Source: an uncultured Nitrososphaerota archaeon
GTDB lineage: Archaea > Thermoproteota > Nitrososphaeria > Nitrososphaerales > Nitrosopumilaceae
NCBI GenBank assembly: GCA_963824385.1
Contig: CAWGPD010000001.1
Span: 96,001-160,000 of the forward strand
DNA length: 64,000 bases
Direction: 5' to 3'
Shown in pieces: positions 1 through 10,556 of this stretch; within the stretch, counting starts at the first letter, position 1; each line of letters begins with the position of its first letter. A model generated the notes under the pieces. It did not search any database, was not told the DNA's origin, and worked only from the letters and a program-made list of their open reading frames with translations. A program made the position numbers and the translations under genes.

Positions 1-164
1 GTAGCATCATCTTCAATCATTTTACAGTATAATTTTGCCGCATCACCAAGTTGTCGTGCGTTGTAACCCGTACTAGCAAATATGTCCACTAGGTCATCTA
101 TCCCCATATCGGGCTTGATCTTAAGGTGTGGGATGTCTTTTCCTTTAAAATTATGATGGTCCAC
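1..164 (-). CDS. Deoxyhypusine synthase-family protein, 5' part only (continues off the window edge)
   Basis: Manual translation from GTG at 164: MDHHNFKGKDIPHLKIKPDMGIDDLVDIFASTGYNARQLGDAAKLYCKMIEDDA. The GxxAxxL segment resembles DHS N-termini. Confidence 0.7.
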   Translation of the reverse strand, partial: MDHHNFKGKDIPHLKIKPDMGIDDLVDIFASTGYNARQLGDAAKLYCKMIEDDA

Positions 165-263
165 GAACGACTAACTTATTTTTGGGCTAAATAAATACTT
201 GTAAGGGTTTTACCAAAATAATAATTCAAGACATATGCAGTACAAAAAATAAAAAGTAGAAAC

Positions 264-383
264 CTATTCAGGTAGTTCTACTTCTCTCGTTTCGTGATGG
301 GAGATTTCTTTATGCATAACAACATGAGACTTTTCTTTGAAAGTCAGATTACATCTGTAACAATGCCATGCTGTCATGCTCAT
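264..383 (-). CDS. Small C2H2-type zinc-finger protein (39 aa)
   Basis: Manual translation MSMTAWHCYRCNLTFKEKSHVVMHKEISHHETREVELPE; CxxC-x12-H-x4-H spacing. Below the ORF-track length cutoff. Confidence 0.65.
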   Translation of the reverse strand: MSMTAWHCYRCNLTFKEKSHVVMHKEISHHETREVELPE

Positions 384-567
384 GTCATCTATAACGTATT
401 TTCAATATTTAAGATGTGTGTACAATTCGTTCATTTGATAACAACCTAAATTATTTTGGAAAAATCCTCAAGCGAGTTACAATGGCACATAATCAGAGAG
501 CATCAAATCAAGAAAAAACAGGTTGTTTGCCACATAGTATTTTAAGAAGAAACCCAACCTTGAATCA

Positions 568-2340
568 GATGCAAGTTTTCAAAGAGGAAAAATGGGTTCT
601 AAGTGAACTTGTAAAAGATTCAGATTCCCCACAGTTCACTAAGCGTCTTAATGCCATACAGTTAGATGTTAAAAATTTTGAAAAGAACAAGAAAATTCTT
701 AAACCTACGTTAAATGAAAAAAAATTCATTTCAATGCTTCACACTTTGGAAAAGATAACAGAAGATTTTAGCAGTGTCTCAGGATATGCTTCTCTAGAGT
801 ATTCGGCAGATACACAATCGGACAAGGCAACCGCATTGCTTTCAAAGATGCGAAAATTAGGAGCACAGTTAGAGAATCAGACATTATTTTTTGATCAATG
901 GTGGAAGAAACAACTTGATGAGAAAAATGCTCAAAGACTAATGAAAACTGCAGGAGAATTACACGAATTTTTACGATATAAAAGATTACTTGCAAAATAT
1001 TCCCTTACTGAACCTGAAGAGAGAATAATCAATACGCTAGATGTTACAGGCCACTCAGCCCTTGTAAAGATCTATGACAAGATAACAAATGCGTTTGTGT
1101 TTGAAGTAAAGATAGACGGCAAGATAAAGAAATACAATAGAGAGGAATTATCAGTTCTAATTCGAAACCCAAAACCAAGAACAAGGGAGATTGCATACAA
1201 GGCATTATTATCAGAATTTGATAGAAACAAGGGAGTTCTAGGAGAAATTTATCAAAACATAGTTTCAAACTGGAAAGATGAGTGCATTCAGATACGAGGA
1301 TACACATCCCCAATATCAGTTCGGAACATAGGAAATGATGTAGATGACAAGACCGTAGATGCACTTCTTTCAGTTTGTAAGAAAAACTCGGATGTATTCC
1401 GAAAGTTCTTTTTGCAAAAAGCACGCATCTTAAAAATGAAAAAATTACGCAGGTATGATATTTATGCACCAATTCAGAAAAAGGAAGAAAAAATATACAG
1501 CTATGACAAAGCAGTAAAATTAGTTCTTGAGACTCTAAATGATTTCAGTCCAAAACTAAGCGAGTATGCCAAGAGAGTATTTGTCCAAAGACATGTGGAT
1601 TCTACTATCAGACCAGGAAAGAGAAGCGGTGCCTTTTGCAGTACAATATCCCCAAAGATAACACCATATGTCATGATAAATTTCAAGGGTAGAACTAATG
1701 ATGTCTTTACTTTGGCGCATGAGATTGGTCATGCAATACACAGCATAGCAGCATCGGATAAATCAATATTCATATCAGAAGCACCCCTGCCACTAGTCAG
1801 ACAGCTTCAACATTTTCTGAAATGCTTTTGTTCAACAAGATTCTTGACCAGATATCAGATGAAGAGCAACAATCTAGACTCATGGAACACTTGGATGACT
1901 TGTATGCAACAGTAGGACGACAGGCATACTTTACACTATTTGAGATAGCAGCACATGAAAAGATTGGGAATGGGGCAATGGTGCAAGACATAACATCAGA
2001 ATACATGAAGACGTTAAAAGATCAGTTTGGTAACTCGGTGGATATTACTCCAGACTTTGGAACCGAATGGACGTGTATTCCACACTTTTACCATTCACCA
2101 TTTTACTGTTATTCCTACTCTTTTGGAAATCTGTTATCATTATCACTATACCAGCGATACAGAAAAGAAGGAAGATCGTTTGCTTCCACATATGTAGACA
2201 TTTTAGCTGCGGGCGGTTCAAAAAAACCAGAGGACTTACTCAATGAACATGGAATAGACATAACATCAGAAAGTTTCTGGCAAGAAGGTTTTGAATATAT
2301 TAGAAATCAAACACAGCGACTTGGAAAAGTAATTAATTAA
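568..2340 (+). CDS. pepF: Oligoendopeptidase F (M3B), frameshift near 1797
   Basis: GKRSGAFC and HEIGH motifs in ORF 416..1915; IPHFYHSPFYCYSYSFG in ORF 1822..2340. The junction restores PLPLAETASTFSEM with one base. Start uncertain (ATG ~569). Confidence 0.88.
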
Positions 2341-2415
2341 AGCGCCTGGCAGTCAAGCGCCCCCAACTGCCAGGCAATGTTCCCCTACGGTTTGAACCGA
2401 TGTCAAGGACATTAA
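2340..2415 (-). ncRNA. Putative structured small RNA (two GC-rich hairpins)
   Basis: Perfect 10-bp inverted repeat 2344-2353/2366-2375, extendable by G-U pairs on the minus strand. Second stem 2376-2413 contains CGG-UUCAAA-CCG. TATA-like TTTAAATTATAA lies upstream on the minus strand. Confidence 0.4.
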
Positions 2416-2466
2416 ACACGCATTATAATTTAAACCTAGAGTTTAGATCGAGAACTGTTTTATTTC

Positions 2467-2643
2467 ATGGGAACCATTACTGCACGAGTGAAATATCTAA
2501 GATGCTGTAATAGAGAATCAGAGTATTTGATTACTTATGACTGCGGACCTGATCCACAACAAACCATGCTAGTCTGCAAGTATCATTACAAGGAAGAACC
2601 TTTTCAGAGATTTGCAGTAAAGATAGAAAAACTACGAGAGTAA
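2467..2643 (+). CDS. Small Cys/His protein (58 aa), probable Zn-binding
   Basis: Manual translation MGTITARVKYLRCCNRESEYLITYDCGPDPQQTMLVCKYHYKEEPFQRFAVKIEKLRE; CC and CxxH motifs. Confidence 0.55.
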   Translation: MGTITARVKYLRCCNRESEYLITYDCGPDPQQTMLVCKYHYKEEPFQRFAVKIEKLRE

Positions 2644-2675
2644 ACTTAATAGTTCGATTTCAAAAGTTGCTTTAA

Positions 2676-3875
2676 ATGAAAAACCTACTTGCATTATCGA
2701 TGATTTTTGCATTATTACTGACTTCATTTACTTCTGTTTATGCGCAACAACCCCAGCTTGCATCATACCGAGAAACGGCCAACATACTGATTGATGAAAA
2801 AGTACAAAATAAGACTAGCGCGTTTATCACCCTGGCATCTACAAGCCCAGTGGAAATGAGAGTTCCCTCAGGACTTAATGAAAATATTACAAATACGGCC
2901 AATGTAACTTCAGTAGTAATAACAAATGCAGAGAAGTGTGTAGAAGGAGTTACTGAAGACCAAGGGTGTGTCATAATAAACATAGTTTCTCCATCACTTA
3001 TTGAGACTTACAACATTACAACAATTCAGACAACTGCCAAGCAAGTAGGAGACACTTTGATTGGCGGTATCAACAAGGCATTTGCCACAGATGCCACATT
3101 TTGGTCTACGTTTGTCAATCCAAAAGGAGAACTTAACAATGCTCTTGGCACATCAGGAACAATATCAGGAAACAGAACTATATCAGTTGTATATACAATG
3201 TCAAGACCAGATTCTTCTTATCTTTTTGATGGGTTATCTACCATATTGATACCAAAACAAATTCGTGACGACGGAGGATTTTTTGATGCAGCACAAAAGA
3301 TGGCTCAAGATTCCAATTCTTCAGTTACATTTGTAATTACGCCGGGAAAAGCAGCATCACTTTATCAATTACAAGTCTCAAAAGTCGTTCCAATCAAGGG
3401 CAAAGTAACTACAGTCAACCCACTTGAGTTGCTAGGTGTTGACAAACTAGAAAGATCAAGTTACTATAGTGTGGGTTTCTTTCCTTTGAATTCCATCCTG
3501 CAAGTAACAGCAATATCTAATGATAATATTGCAGTAACAGGATATAGTGGAGATTTAACTCCTACTACTATCAAAGACGGCCAAAAATTTCCAACAGATC
3601 TGACTAAAGCAGGTTGGATATTTGACCCAGACTCGGGCAATAGAATTTCCGCAATATACCTATTTGGAACAACAACGTCATTTACAGGTAATCAATCTTC
3701 ATTGACATTAGGTAGTGCATCAGCACAGAGCCAAATCACACAAACCAATACTACAACCATACAACCAACATTACCAACAGTTACACAATCTTCCAACAAT
3801 TATTCCACTTATGCTCTAATTGGAATAATTGCAGCAGGCGCAGTTGCAGTATACATATTCATAAGAAGAAGATAA
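2676..3875 (+). CDS. Exported, C-terminally membrane-anchored hypothetical protein
   Basis: N-terminal signal peptide, Thr/Gln-rich linker, C-terminal TM helix followed by RRR. Confidence 0.8.
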   Translation: MKNLLALSMIFALLLTSFTSVYAQQPQLASYRETANILIDEKVQNKTSAFITLASTSPVEMRVPSGLNENITNTANVTSVVITNAEKCVEGVTEDQGCVIINIVSPSLIETYNITTIQTTAKQVGDTLIGGINKAFATDATFWSTFVNPKGELNNALGTSGTISGNRTISVVYTMSRPDSSYLFDGLSTILIPKQIRDDGGFFDAAQKMAQDSNSSVTFVITPGKAASLYQLQVSKVVPIKGKVTTVNPLELLGVDKLERSSYYSVGFFPLNSILQVTAISNDNIAVTGYSGDLTPTTIKDGQKFPTDLTKAGWIFDPDSGNRISAIYLFGTTTSFTGNQSSLTLGSASAQSQITQTNTTTIQPTLPTVTQSSNNYSTYALIGIIAAGAVAVYIFIRRR

Positions 3876-3878
3876 AAT

Positions 3879-4429
3879 TTAGAGAATCAGTACTGCTGCA
3901 GTAAATACTGTAGTCCAGTGACCTTTTGCATCCCCTACTGCACTCTGTGTGATGTTTCTAGTCTTGTATATTTGTCCAGATATCTTCCACTGTTGTCTTT
4001 TTTCATCCCACTCTTGTTTACATCAAAGGATATTCCAAGCGAGGATGCAAGCATCTGCGCAGCAATATCTTCGGCATAATCACCTGCTTCTTTTTCAGTC
4101 TCTCCAAATGAGATGTATTCAGATAGATAACCATACTTTGTCTTGTCTTTAGGTTCTGCGATTCCAACTGATGCAGCCATCAATCTATGAGGCTCATTAC
4201 TTTCCTGTCTTGAATAAATTGCAAATGTAACACTACCAGGGCGTATCAGTTTCAGGCCTTCAGCTTTTGAAATCAGTTTGCAGCCTGGTGGAAATATACT
4301 AGATATCAAAACCAAATTTGTTCCGGCTATTCCAGCATCTCTTAATGCATATTCAAAACTTGTTAGTCTGTCAGGATGTACGCCCTTACCTTTAGTAAGA
4401 AATATTTTTTTTGCTACTAAATCCAGCAC
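3879..4429 (-). CDS. pdaD: Pyruvoyl-dependent arginine decarboxylase, frameshift near 4010
   Basis: SFEYALRDAGIAGTNLVLISSIFP self-cleavage region. The other frame continues WDEKRQQWKISGQIYKTRNITQSAVGDAKGHWTTVFTAAVLIL to a stop at 3879. Confidence 0.88.
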
Positions 4430-4483
4430 AAATCAAGTCTTAACTCACATCTTTAAAAATATATTGAATTGATAAAAATTCAA

Positions 4484-4939
4484 TTATTTTAAATTCTGTA
4501 ATGACGAAATTATTTCTTGACCATGTTTTTCAGGACTTATATCTCTGAAAATTTTTGAAATCTTACCATCTTTATCTATAATGAATGTAGAACGTTTTGC
4601 AAGTCCTGCAATATTTAATCCGGCATAAGTCTTGCAAGCGATCTTTTGCATATCACTTAGATGAAGATATGGGACATTATACTCCTCAACAAATTTCTTT
4701 TGATCTTCAACTGTGTCTATAGATATTGCAAAGAGTTCAGCTTGCTCTTTTATCTTAGGATATGCCGCAATTATGGCCTCTGCCATTTGAAATACCTTCT
4801 TTGATGGGCATGCAAAGAGATGATTTTTAGGATAGAACGATAGTACGACATTCTTTTTTCCTTTAAACGAACTTAGTTTTATGGTATTACCATCATTTGC
4901 TACAAGCTCAAAATCGGGAGCCAGGTCGCCTTCGTTCAC
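4484..4939 (-). CDS. Peroxiredoxin (BCP/AhpC-TSA family)
   Basis: [15 protein letters not shown]...[14 protein letters not shown] motifs. Confidence 0.85.
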   Translation of the reverse strand: MNEGDLAPDFELVANDGNTIKLSSFKGKKNVVLSFYPKNHLFACPSKKVFQMAEAIIAAYPKIKEQAELFAISIDTVEDQKKFVEEYNVPYLHLSDMQKIACKTYAGLNIAGLAKRSTFIIDKDGKISKIFRDISPEKHGQEIISSLQNLK

Positions 4940-5013
4940 ACCTATTCATCTACAAATACAGGTTAATACCATTTCTGTTGTAATTTTTTTATCCCAGAAC
5001 TAAATCTATCAGA

Positions 5014-5544
5014 TTACTTTTTGAATTTCTTTTGATACAACTTTATTCCAGCAAGGACTTCTTTCTTTGCGCTAACAGCGTTTTTCCATCCCAATATCTC
5101 GACTTTCTTTCCTTCGAGTTGTTTGTACACTTCAAAAAAGTGAGCAATTTCTTGCAAATAGTGTTTGTCAAGGTCAGCAATATCCTTTAGATTATCATAT
5201 CTTACGTCGTCTTTTGCAACACATAAAATCTTGTTATCCATTTCACCTCCATCTTTCATACGAAGTATTCCAATCGGACGTGATTCTATTAGAACGCCTG
5301 GATATGTGTGGTTAGTAACAAGTACAAGTGCATCCATTGGATCGCCATCTTCTGCATATGTTTGTGGAATTATGCCATATTCTCCTGGATAGAAAAATGG
5401 TGAAAATAATACTCTATCAAGTTTAATGATACCTCTTTTTTTATCATATTCGTATTTGTTCTGAGAACCTTTTGGGATTTCAACTATAACGTTAATCACA
5501 GATGGGGTTTTCGGGCCAGTTTCAATGTCATGCCACAAGTCCAT
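5014..5544 (-). CDS. ppa: Family I inorganic pyrophosphatase
   Basis: EIPKGSQNKYEYD, YGIIPQT, DGDPMD signature. Confidence 0.97.
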   Translation of the reverse strand: MDLWHDIETGPKTPSVINVIVEIPKGSQNKYEYDKKRGIIKLDRVLFSPFFYPGEYGIIPQTYAEDGDPMDALVLVTNHTYPGVLIESRPIGILRMKDGGEMDNKILCVAKDDVRYDNLKDIADLDKHYLQEIAHFFEVYKQLEGKKVEILGWKNAVSAKKEVLAGIKLYQKKFKK

Positions 5545-5684
5545 GACGAATTGTCAGAAATATGTCCTATTTAATTTACATCATACGACGAAAATTTCCT
5601 TATAACGAATTTCTTATTTTTCAAGACATCAAAATAGGATTACTTCGGAAAAAGATAAAACGCCAATCAAGATTCATCTGAATA

Positions 5685-6728
5685 ATGAAGGCAGCATATG
5701 TTTCAGGACCAGCAGATGTCCAGATAAAAAATGTAGAGAGACCACAAGTTGGCAAGGGAGAGATACTAGTTACCATGAAAGCATGTGGCGTATGCGGTTC
5801 TGACTTGGAAAAGATTTATGGAAAATACAGTCAGCCTTCCATGAGATTAGGCCATGAGCCTTCTGGAATAGTTTCTGCAGTAGGTGAAGGTACAATCGAT
5901 TTTAAAAAAGGAGATAGAGTATTTACGCATCACCACGTACCATGTTATTCTTGTCACTTTTGTACACATGGAAATGAGACAATGTGTCAGAAATATTCAG
6001 AGACAAATCTTTCACCGTGTGGACTAGCGGAGGAGTTTATTGTTCCCGAGTGGAATGTATCACATGGCGGGGTTATAAAATTACCAGATCATGTAAGTTT
6101 TGAAGAAGCATCTATGATAGAACCATTAGCATGTTGTGTACGAGCATGGAATAAAATAAAATTCAAAAAAGGAGACTCGATTGCAATTCTCGGAGCAGGG
6201 CCAACAGGCCTTATGCACCTCATGTTAAGCAAGGTGTATGGAATTGAAGAGGTATTTTGTTTTGACCTCAATGATTTTAGATTAGATTTTACAAAAAAGT
6301 TTGGCATAACAGAAGCAATAAGATCAGATGATAAAGACGCATATCAAAAAATTCTTTCAAAGACTAGTAATCGTGGAGTAGACATAGTGATGGTTGCAAC
6401 TGGAAGTCTTGATGCCATATCTCAAGCAATTGATTTTGTAAGAAAAGGCGGTACTGTCATGTTATTTGGAGTTCCTTCAAAAGATGCAAAGATGTCACTT
6501 GATATGAGTAAAGTATATTCTAAAGAAATTACAATCACACCAAGTTACGCATCTTCTGAAAGGGATACAAATGAAGCATTCAAGCTAATTGAACAAGGAA
6601 TAGTGGATGTAAAAAAATTGATCACCCACAAGTTTGATCTTACTGAATCTGCAAAAGCTTTGGATTATGCTCATCAAGGAAATGATTCCATGAAAATAAT
6701 AATTACAAATTCAGAAACGCTTAACTAA
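5685..6728 (+). CDS. Zn-dependent alcohol/polyol dehydrogenase (MDR family)
   Basis: CGVCGSD, GHE, CxxCxxC...C structural Zn site, GAGPTG Rossmann motif. Confidence 0.92.
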   Translation: MKAAYVSGPADVQIKNVERPQVGKGEILVTMKACGVCGSDLEKIYGKYSQPSMRLGHEPSGIVSAVGEGTIDFKKGDRVFTHHHVPCYSCHFCTHGNETMCQKYSETNLSPCGLAEEFIVPEWNVSHGGVIKLPDHVSFEEASMIEPLACCVRAWNKIKFKKGDSIAILGAGPTGLMHLMLSKVYGIEEVFCFDLNDFRLDFTKKFGITEAIRSDDKDAYQKILSKTSNRGVDIVMVATGSLDAISQAIDFVRKGGTVMLFGVPSKDAKMSLDMSKVYSKEITITPSYASSERDTNEAFKLIEQGIVDVKKLITHKFDLTESAKALDYAHQGNDSMKIIITNSETLN

Positions 6729-6750
6729 GGCAAATTTTTTTGATGAAGAT

Positions 6751-7588
6751 ATGGATTGGGGACTCAAAAACAGGCTTGCAAAAATAATCAAACCGCAAAA
6801 CAGGCGCGGTGTCATGCTTGCAGTAGACCATGGATATTTCCTTGGACCTACAGAGAGATTAGAAGTGCCCAGAAAAACCATAGCCCCATTGTTACCTTTT
6901 GCTGATTCTCTCATGCTTACAAGAGGTGTTCTAAGAACATCGGTTGACGCAAATTTTCCAGTACCAGTTGTGCTCAGAGTATCAGGAGGAGCAAGCATCA
7001 TTGGAAAAGATCTTTCAAATGAAACAATAACCACATCGGTAAAAGAGGCAATTAGGCTAAATGTATCAGCCCTTGCAATGTCAATATTTATCGGAGCACC
7101 TCATGAACATGAATCACTTGTCAGCCTAGGCAATCTTGTAAATGAAGGTGAAGAATATGGAATACCAGTACTAGCAGTTACCGCAGTAGGTAAAGAATTA
7201 GAAAAACGTGATGCAAGATATTTAGGATTAGCATGTAGAATGGCTGCAGAATTTGGCGCACACCTAGTCAAGACATATTATTGTGAGAACTTTGAAAAAG
7301 TAGTAACAGCATGTCCAGTGCCAGTCATAATTGCCGGAGGTCCAAAACTTGCAACAGAACTTGACGTATTTAATTTAACATATGATGCATTACAAGCAGG
7401 TGCATCTGGAGTTGACATGGGACGAAACATTTGGCAAAACGATCATCCAGTTGCCATGATAAAGGCAGTAAGAGTCTATAGTACACCAAAAAGTCACAGT
7501 CAAGGAAGCCAATGAAATTTTTAAAAAAATAAAGGGAGAGTTGCCTCAAAAAAGTAAACCGGCACCAAAAAGTAAATCAAAAAAATAA
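6751..7588 (+). CDS. lsrF: Class I aldolase / LsrF (DhnA) family, frameshift near 7474
   Basis: MDWGLKNRL, AVDHGYFLGP, VKTYY, AGGPK, GVDMGRNIWQ. Removing one base at GTCT (7474-7477) extends the ORF to TAA at 7588. Confidence 0.8.
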
Positions 7589-7592
7589 ATTC

Positions 7593-7997
7593 TTAATCTG
7601 AAATTTTTGTCAAATGTATGTGGACTATCTTCCACTTTGTATTTTTTATAAAAACAAAGGTTGCTCTGCTTTCCATTGCAAGGTGTTGTCCTCTAAAGCT
7701 ATAATTATCTACAATCATTCCAGATTGTTTTACAGTAAAGGTTGCAACCGCAAAAGTCTCAAACAGATCCACTCGAGTATTTTTTAATTCAAAATCATAA
7801 TCAGAGATGCTTACAAATCGTAATTGTTCTAATGCAGTTGTAGTTGCAAAGTCTTTTAGATCAAATGGGGGAACATCACTGTATGAAGAAAATCTCGGAT
7901 CATCAAGTTGGATGACACTTAACGGTGCAACGTTCTTGGTCCTTCCGGCAGTAAAAAATGTCACAATTACATCAAGAATTTCTTCTTTATCGCTCAA
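7593..7997 (-). CDS. NTF2/SnoaL-like fold protein
   Basis: C-terminal RATFVF...KWKIVHIH pattern typical of SnoaL-like proteins. Confidence 0.65.
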   Translation of the reverse strand: MSDKEEILDVIVTFFTAGRTKNVAPLSVIQLDDPRFSSYSDVPPFDLKDFATTTALEQLRFVSISDYDFELKNTRVDLFETFAVATFTVKQSGMIVDNYSFRGQHLAMESRATFVFIKNTKWKIVHIHLTKISD

Positions 7998-8114
7998 AAT
8001 CGGTATTGCTTAAGACAAATCTACTTTAAGTCTTATGACATGCTAAACGCAGGTTAAATTTGTGCCTAGCAATATCCAATACATGGTGGATTTAGGACAA
8101 TCTCTATTACAAAT

Positions 8115-8381
8115 TTATGAACGCTTAATGGCCCGTTTGACTGATTCCCTATTTTTTAGAAGATAAAATGTAGAACTACTGGATTTGAAGTTCACTTTTA
8201 CTATGCTGCTTGTTACTAACCTGACAAGTTTTGCTGGATGAGTCTCTACATCAAACCATTGCCAACCCTGGTATTGCTTGTTGGACAGATTCTCTTCCTC
8301 TTTTTGTACGGCTAGTTGAAGTGTCTTGAGATATTCGGGCTTCTGAGTGAGTAATTGTACCGTGTTGTTAAAATCTTGCAT
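8115..8381 (-). CDS. Small hypothetical protein, possible winged-helix, divergent from the hyf-like operon
   Basis: 88 aa from ATG 8381 (MQDFNN...); a helix followed by a KVNFKSSSSTFYLL hairpin suggests a wHTH (inference). Confidence 0.55.
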   Translation of the reverse strand: MQDFNNTVQLLTQKPEYLKTLQLAVQKEEENLSNKQYQGWQWFDVETHPAKLVRLVTSSIVKVNFKSSSSTFYLLKNRESVKRAIKRS

Positions 8382-8519
8382 TAATACACATACATATACA
8401 TACACATATACCTTTTTCTCATAAACAATTAAATGCATATTGCATGAATTTAGCCTCAAAGATCCATTCTATGAAAAATAATTTCAACAACATTATGGGA
8501 TCAACACTGGCTGACAATA

Positions 8520-10556
8520 ATGATTAGTAGTCTTGTTTTATTTCAAATTCTAATTGTGCTATTCATAGTAGGAGCACTATCTGGGTTATTATCACGAAAT
8601 AGCAGACTTACACGACATCTGACATTTGTCCCTGCCATGATTGGTTCGATTTTTACCATCATATTTTCAATCGAGATCATAACTGGCGCACCACTAAAGT
8701 TGGCCGTATCAAACATACTTCCTTTCTTCAATCTTGAGATCTTGGTGGATGGAGTATCTGCATTTTTCATGTTAATAATTGGATTAGCATCATTTGCGGT
8801 TTCATTATACTCTATCGGATATTCAAAGGAGTATGAAACTAAAAAAAGAATATCTGCTTTTGGATTTCTATTTAATATTTTTATTTTATCAATGATTCTC
8901 GTCGTGTCATCAAACAACGCATTTTTCTTTTTGATATTCTGGGAATTAATGTCGCTTGTTTCATTTTTCTTGGTAATCTATGATCACGACAAGGAAGAAA
9001 ATCTAAAATCAGGAATTACATATCTTGTCATGACACATTTTGGAACTGCTCTTATTTTTGTATCATTTCTACTTGGATATATTCAGACAGGCAGTTTTAG
9101 TTTTGATTCACTGCGTGAATCTTCTGCTTCATTTCCGTTATTAGTAAAAAATCTCGTATTTGCTTTTGCGTTTGTTGGATTTGGAGTAAAAGCAGGAATT
9201 GTTCCATTACATACTTGGCTGCCCCATGCACATCCATCTGCTCCAAGCAATGTTTCTGCATTAATGTCTGCAGTTATGATAAAAATGGGAATCTATGGTA
9301 TAGTTAGAACAGTTTTTGATTTTTCCGGCTTTGGTGCCTCCCCAGACTTTGCATGGTGGGGCGTACTCATGATTGCCGTAGGTTCCATATCTGCAGTAAC
9401 CGGTGTGCTATATGCCGTAATTGAGCGGGACATAAAGCGAGCCCTTGCTTATTCCAGCATAGAAAACATAGGAATAATCCTAATCGGATTGGGGCTCTCT
9501 GTAGTCTTTTCCGCATATCACCTCATAGCACTCTCAGTCTTGGCATTTATTGCAAGCATGTATCACACCATAAACCATGCAGTCTTCAAGGGATTGCTTT
9601 TCATGGGCGCGGGCTCTGTCGTATACGCCACCCATACTAGAAACATCGAAGATCTTGGTGGAATAATCAAGCAAATGCCATGGACTTCGTTGTTATTTCT
9701 AATTGGAGCTGTCTCAATTGTTGGATTGCCACCATTCAATGGTTTTGTAAGCGAATGGTTAACACTGCAATCTTTTCTTTCAAGTTATCAGATACCATCT
9801 ACAATACTGCAAATATCAATCGCATTTGCAAGCTTGCCCTTTGCACTCACAATAGGGATTGCATCTGCAACATTTGTCAGATTGTTTGGAATAACATTTC
9901 TTTCAAGAGCACGAAGTAAACATGCTCTTAACATCAAAGAAGTTCCACGCAGTATGATTGTAGGAATGGCAGTGTTGGCAGCTGTTTGTATCTTACTTGG
10001 AATACTTGCATCCTTAGGAATTTCGTTGGTAAGTTCTGCATTCCATTTACCATCACAACCTTCCAGTCCATTGGACAGTATAACATTACACAACAATGTA
10101 AATCCAGTACATCTCTCCATGCCATTTATTCTGATTTTGTTTTCAGCTATTACAGTGGGCGCTTTTGGTTTTATTCGAACAATTGGTGGAAAAACCAGCA
10201 AGACAATCTATGGAACATGGGATTGCGGATTTGGAAATCTAAATGAAAAAATGGAATACACTGCAACATCATTGTCTCAACCAATACGTGCAGTCTTCAA
10301 AGTTTTTTTCAAGCCACACAATATAACCAGTAAGGAATTTTTTGTATCGACAAATCAATACTTGATAAAATCCATCAAATTCAGTTCCATAACAAAAAAT
10401 ATCTTCGAAGAAAGCCTATACCAACCAATAATATCTTCAACCCTTAGAGTCTTGGACAAGATTCGGAAAATCCAGACAGGAAAGATAAACGCATACTTGC
10501 TATACATAATGATAACCGCAGTCTTACTTCTCTTGTTTGTGAGGTTGAGCCATTGA
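8520..10556 (+). CDS. hyfB: Hydrogenase-4 component B-like antiporter subunit (NuoL/MrpA family)
   Basis: Polytopic; FWELMS, KAGIVPLHTWLPHAHPSAP, LAYSSIENIG, TWDCGF motifs. Confidence 0.9.
   Translation: MISSLVLFQILIVLFIVGALSGLLSRNSRLTRHLTFVPAMIGSIFTIIFSIEIITGAPLKLAVSNILPFFNLEILVDGVSAFFMLIIGLASFAVSLYSIGYSKEYETKKRISAFGFLFNIFILSMILVVSSNNAFFFLIFWELMSLVSFFLVIYDHDKEENLKSGITYLVMTHFGTALIFVSFLLGYIQTGSFSFDSLRESSASFPLLVKNLVFAFAFVGFGVKAGIVPLHTWLPHAHPSAPSNVSALMSAVMIKMGIYGIVRTVFDFSGFGASPDFAWWGVLMIAVGSISAVTGVLYAVIERDIKRALAYSSIENIGIILIGLGLSVVFSAYHLIALSVLAFIASMYHTINHAVFKGLLFMGAGSVVYATHTRNIEDLGGIIKQMPWTSLLFLIGAVSIVGLPPFNGFVSEWLTLQSFLSSYQIPSTILQISIAFASLPFALTIGIASATFVRLFGITFLSRARSKHALNIKEVPRSMIVGMAVLAAVCILLGILASLGISLVSSAFHLPSQPSSPLDSITLHNNVNPVHLSMPFILILFSAITVGAFGFIRTIGGKTSKTIYGTWDCGFGNLNEKMEYTATSLSQPIRAVFKVFFKPHNITSKEFFVSTNQYLIKSIKFSSITKNIFEESLYQPIISSTLRVLDKIRKIQTGKINAYLLYIMITAVLLLLFVRLSH

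Noticed and set aside
416..567. N-terminal extensions in the ORF track (also 8382-8459, 30206-30328, 32926-33219, 58219-58311, 63532-63594)
   Set aside because: Longest-ORF artefacts from upstream alternative starts; family similarity begins at the downstream starts given.
2340..2420. tRNA or H/ACA guide RNA
   Set aside because: No cloverleaf can be built. An ACA follows the second hairpin on the plus strand, but there is no K-turn and the G-U pairing favours the minus strand.
2676..3875. Substrate of the thaumarchaeosortase
   Set aside because: It has a TM helix and basic tail, but no PEF/PGF-type motif precedes the helix.
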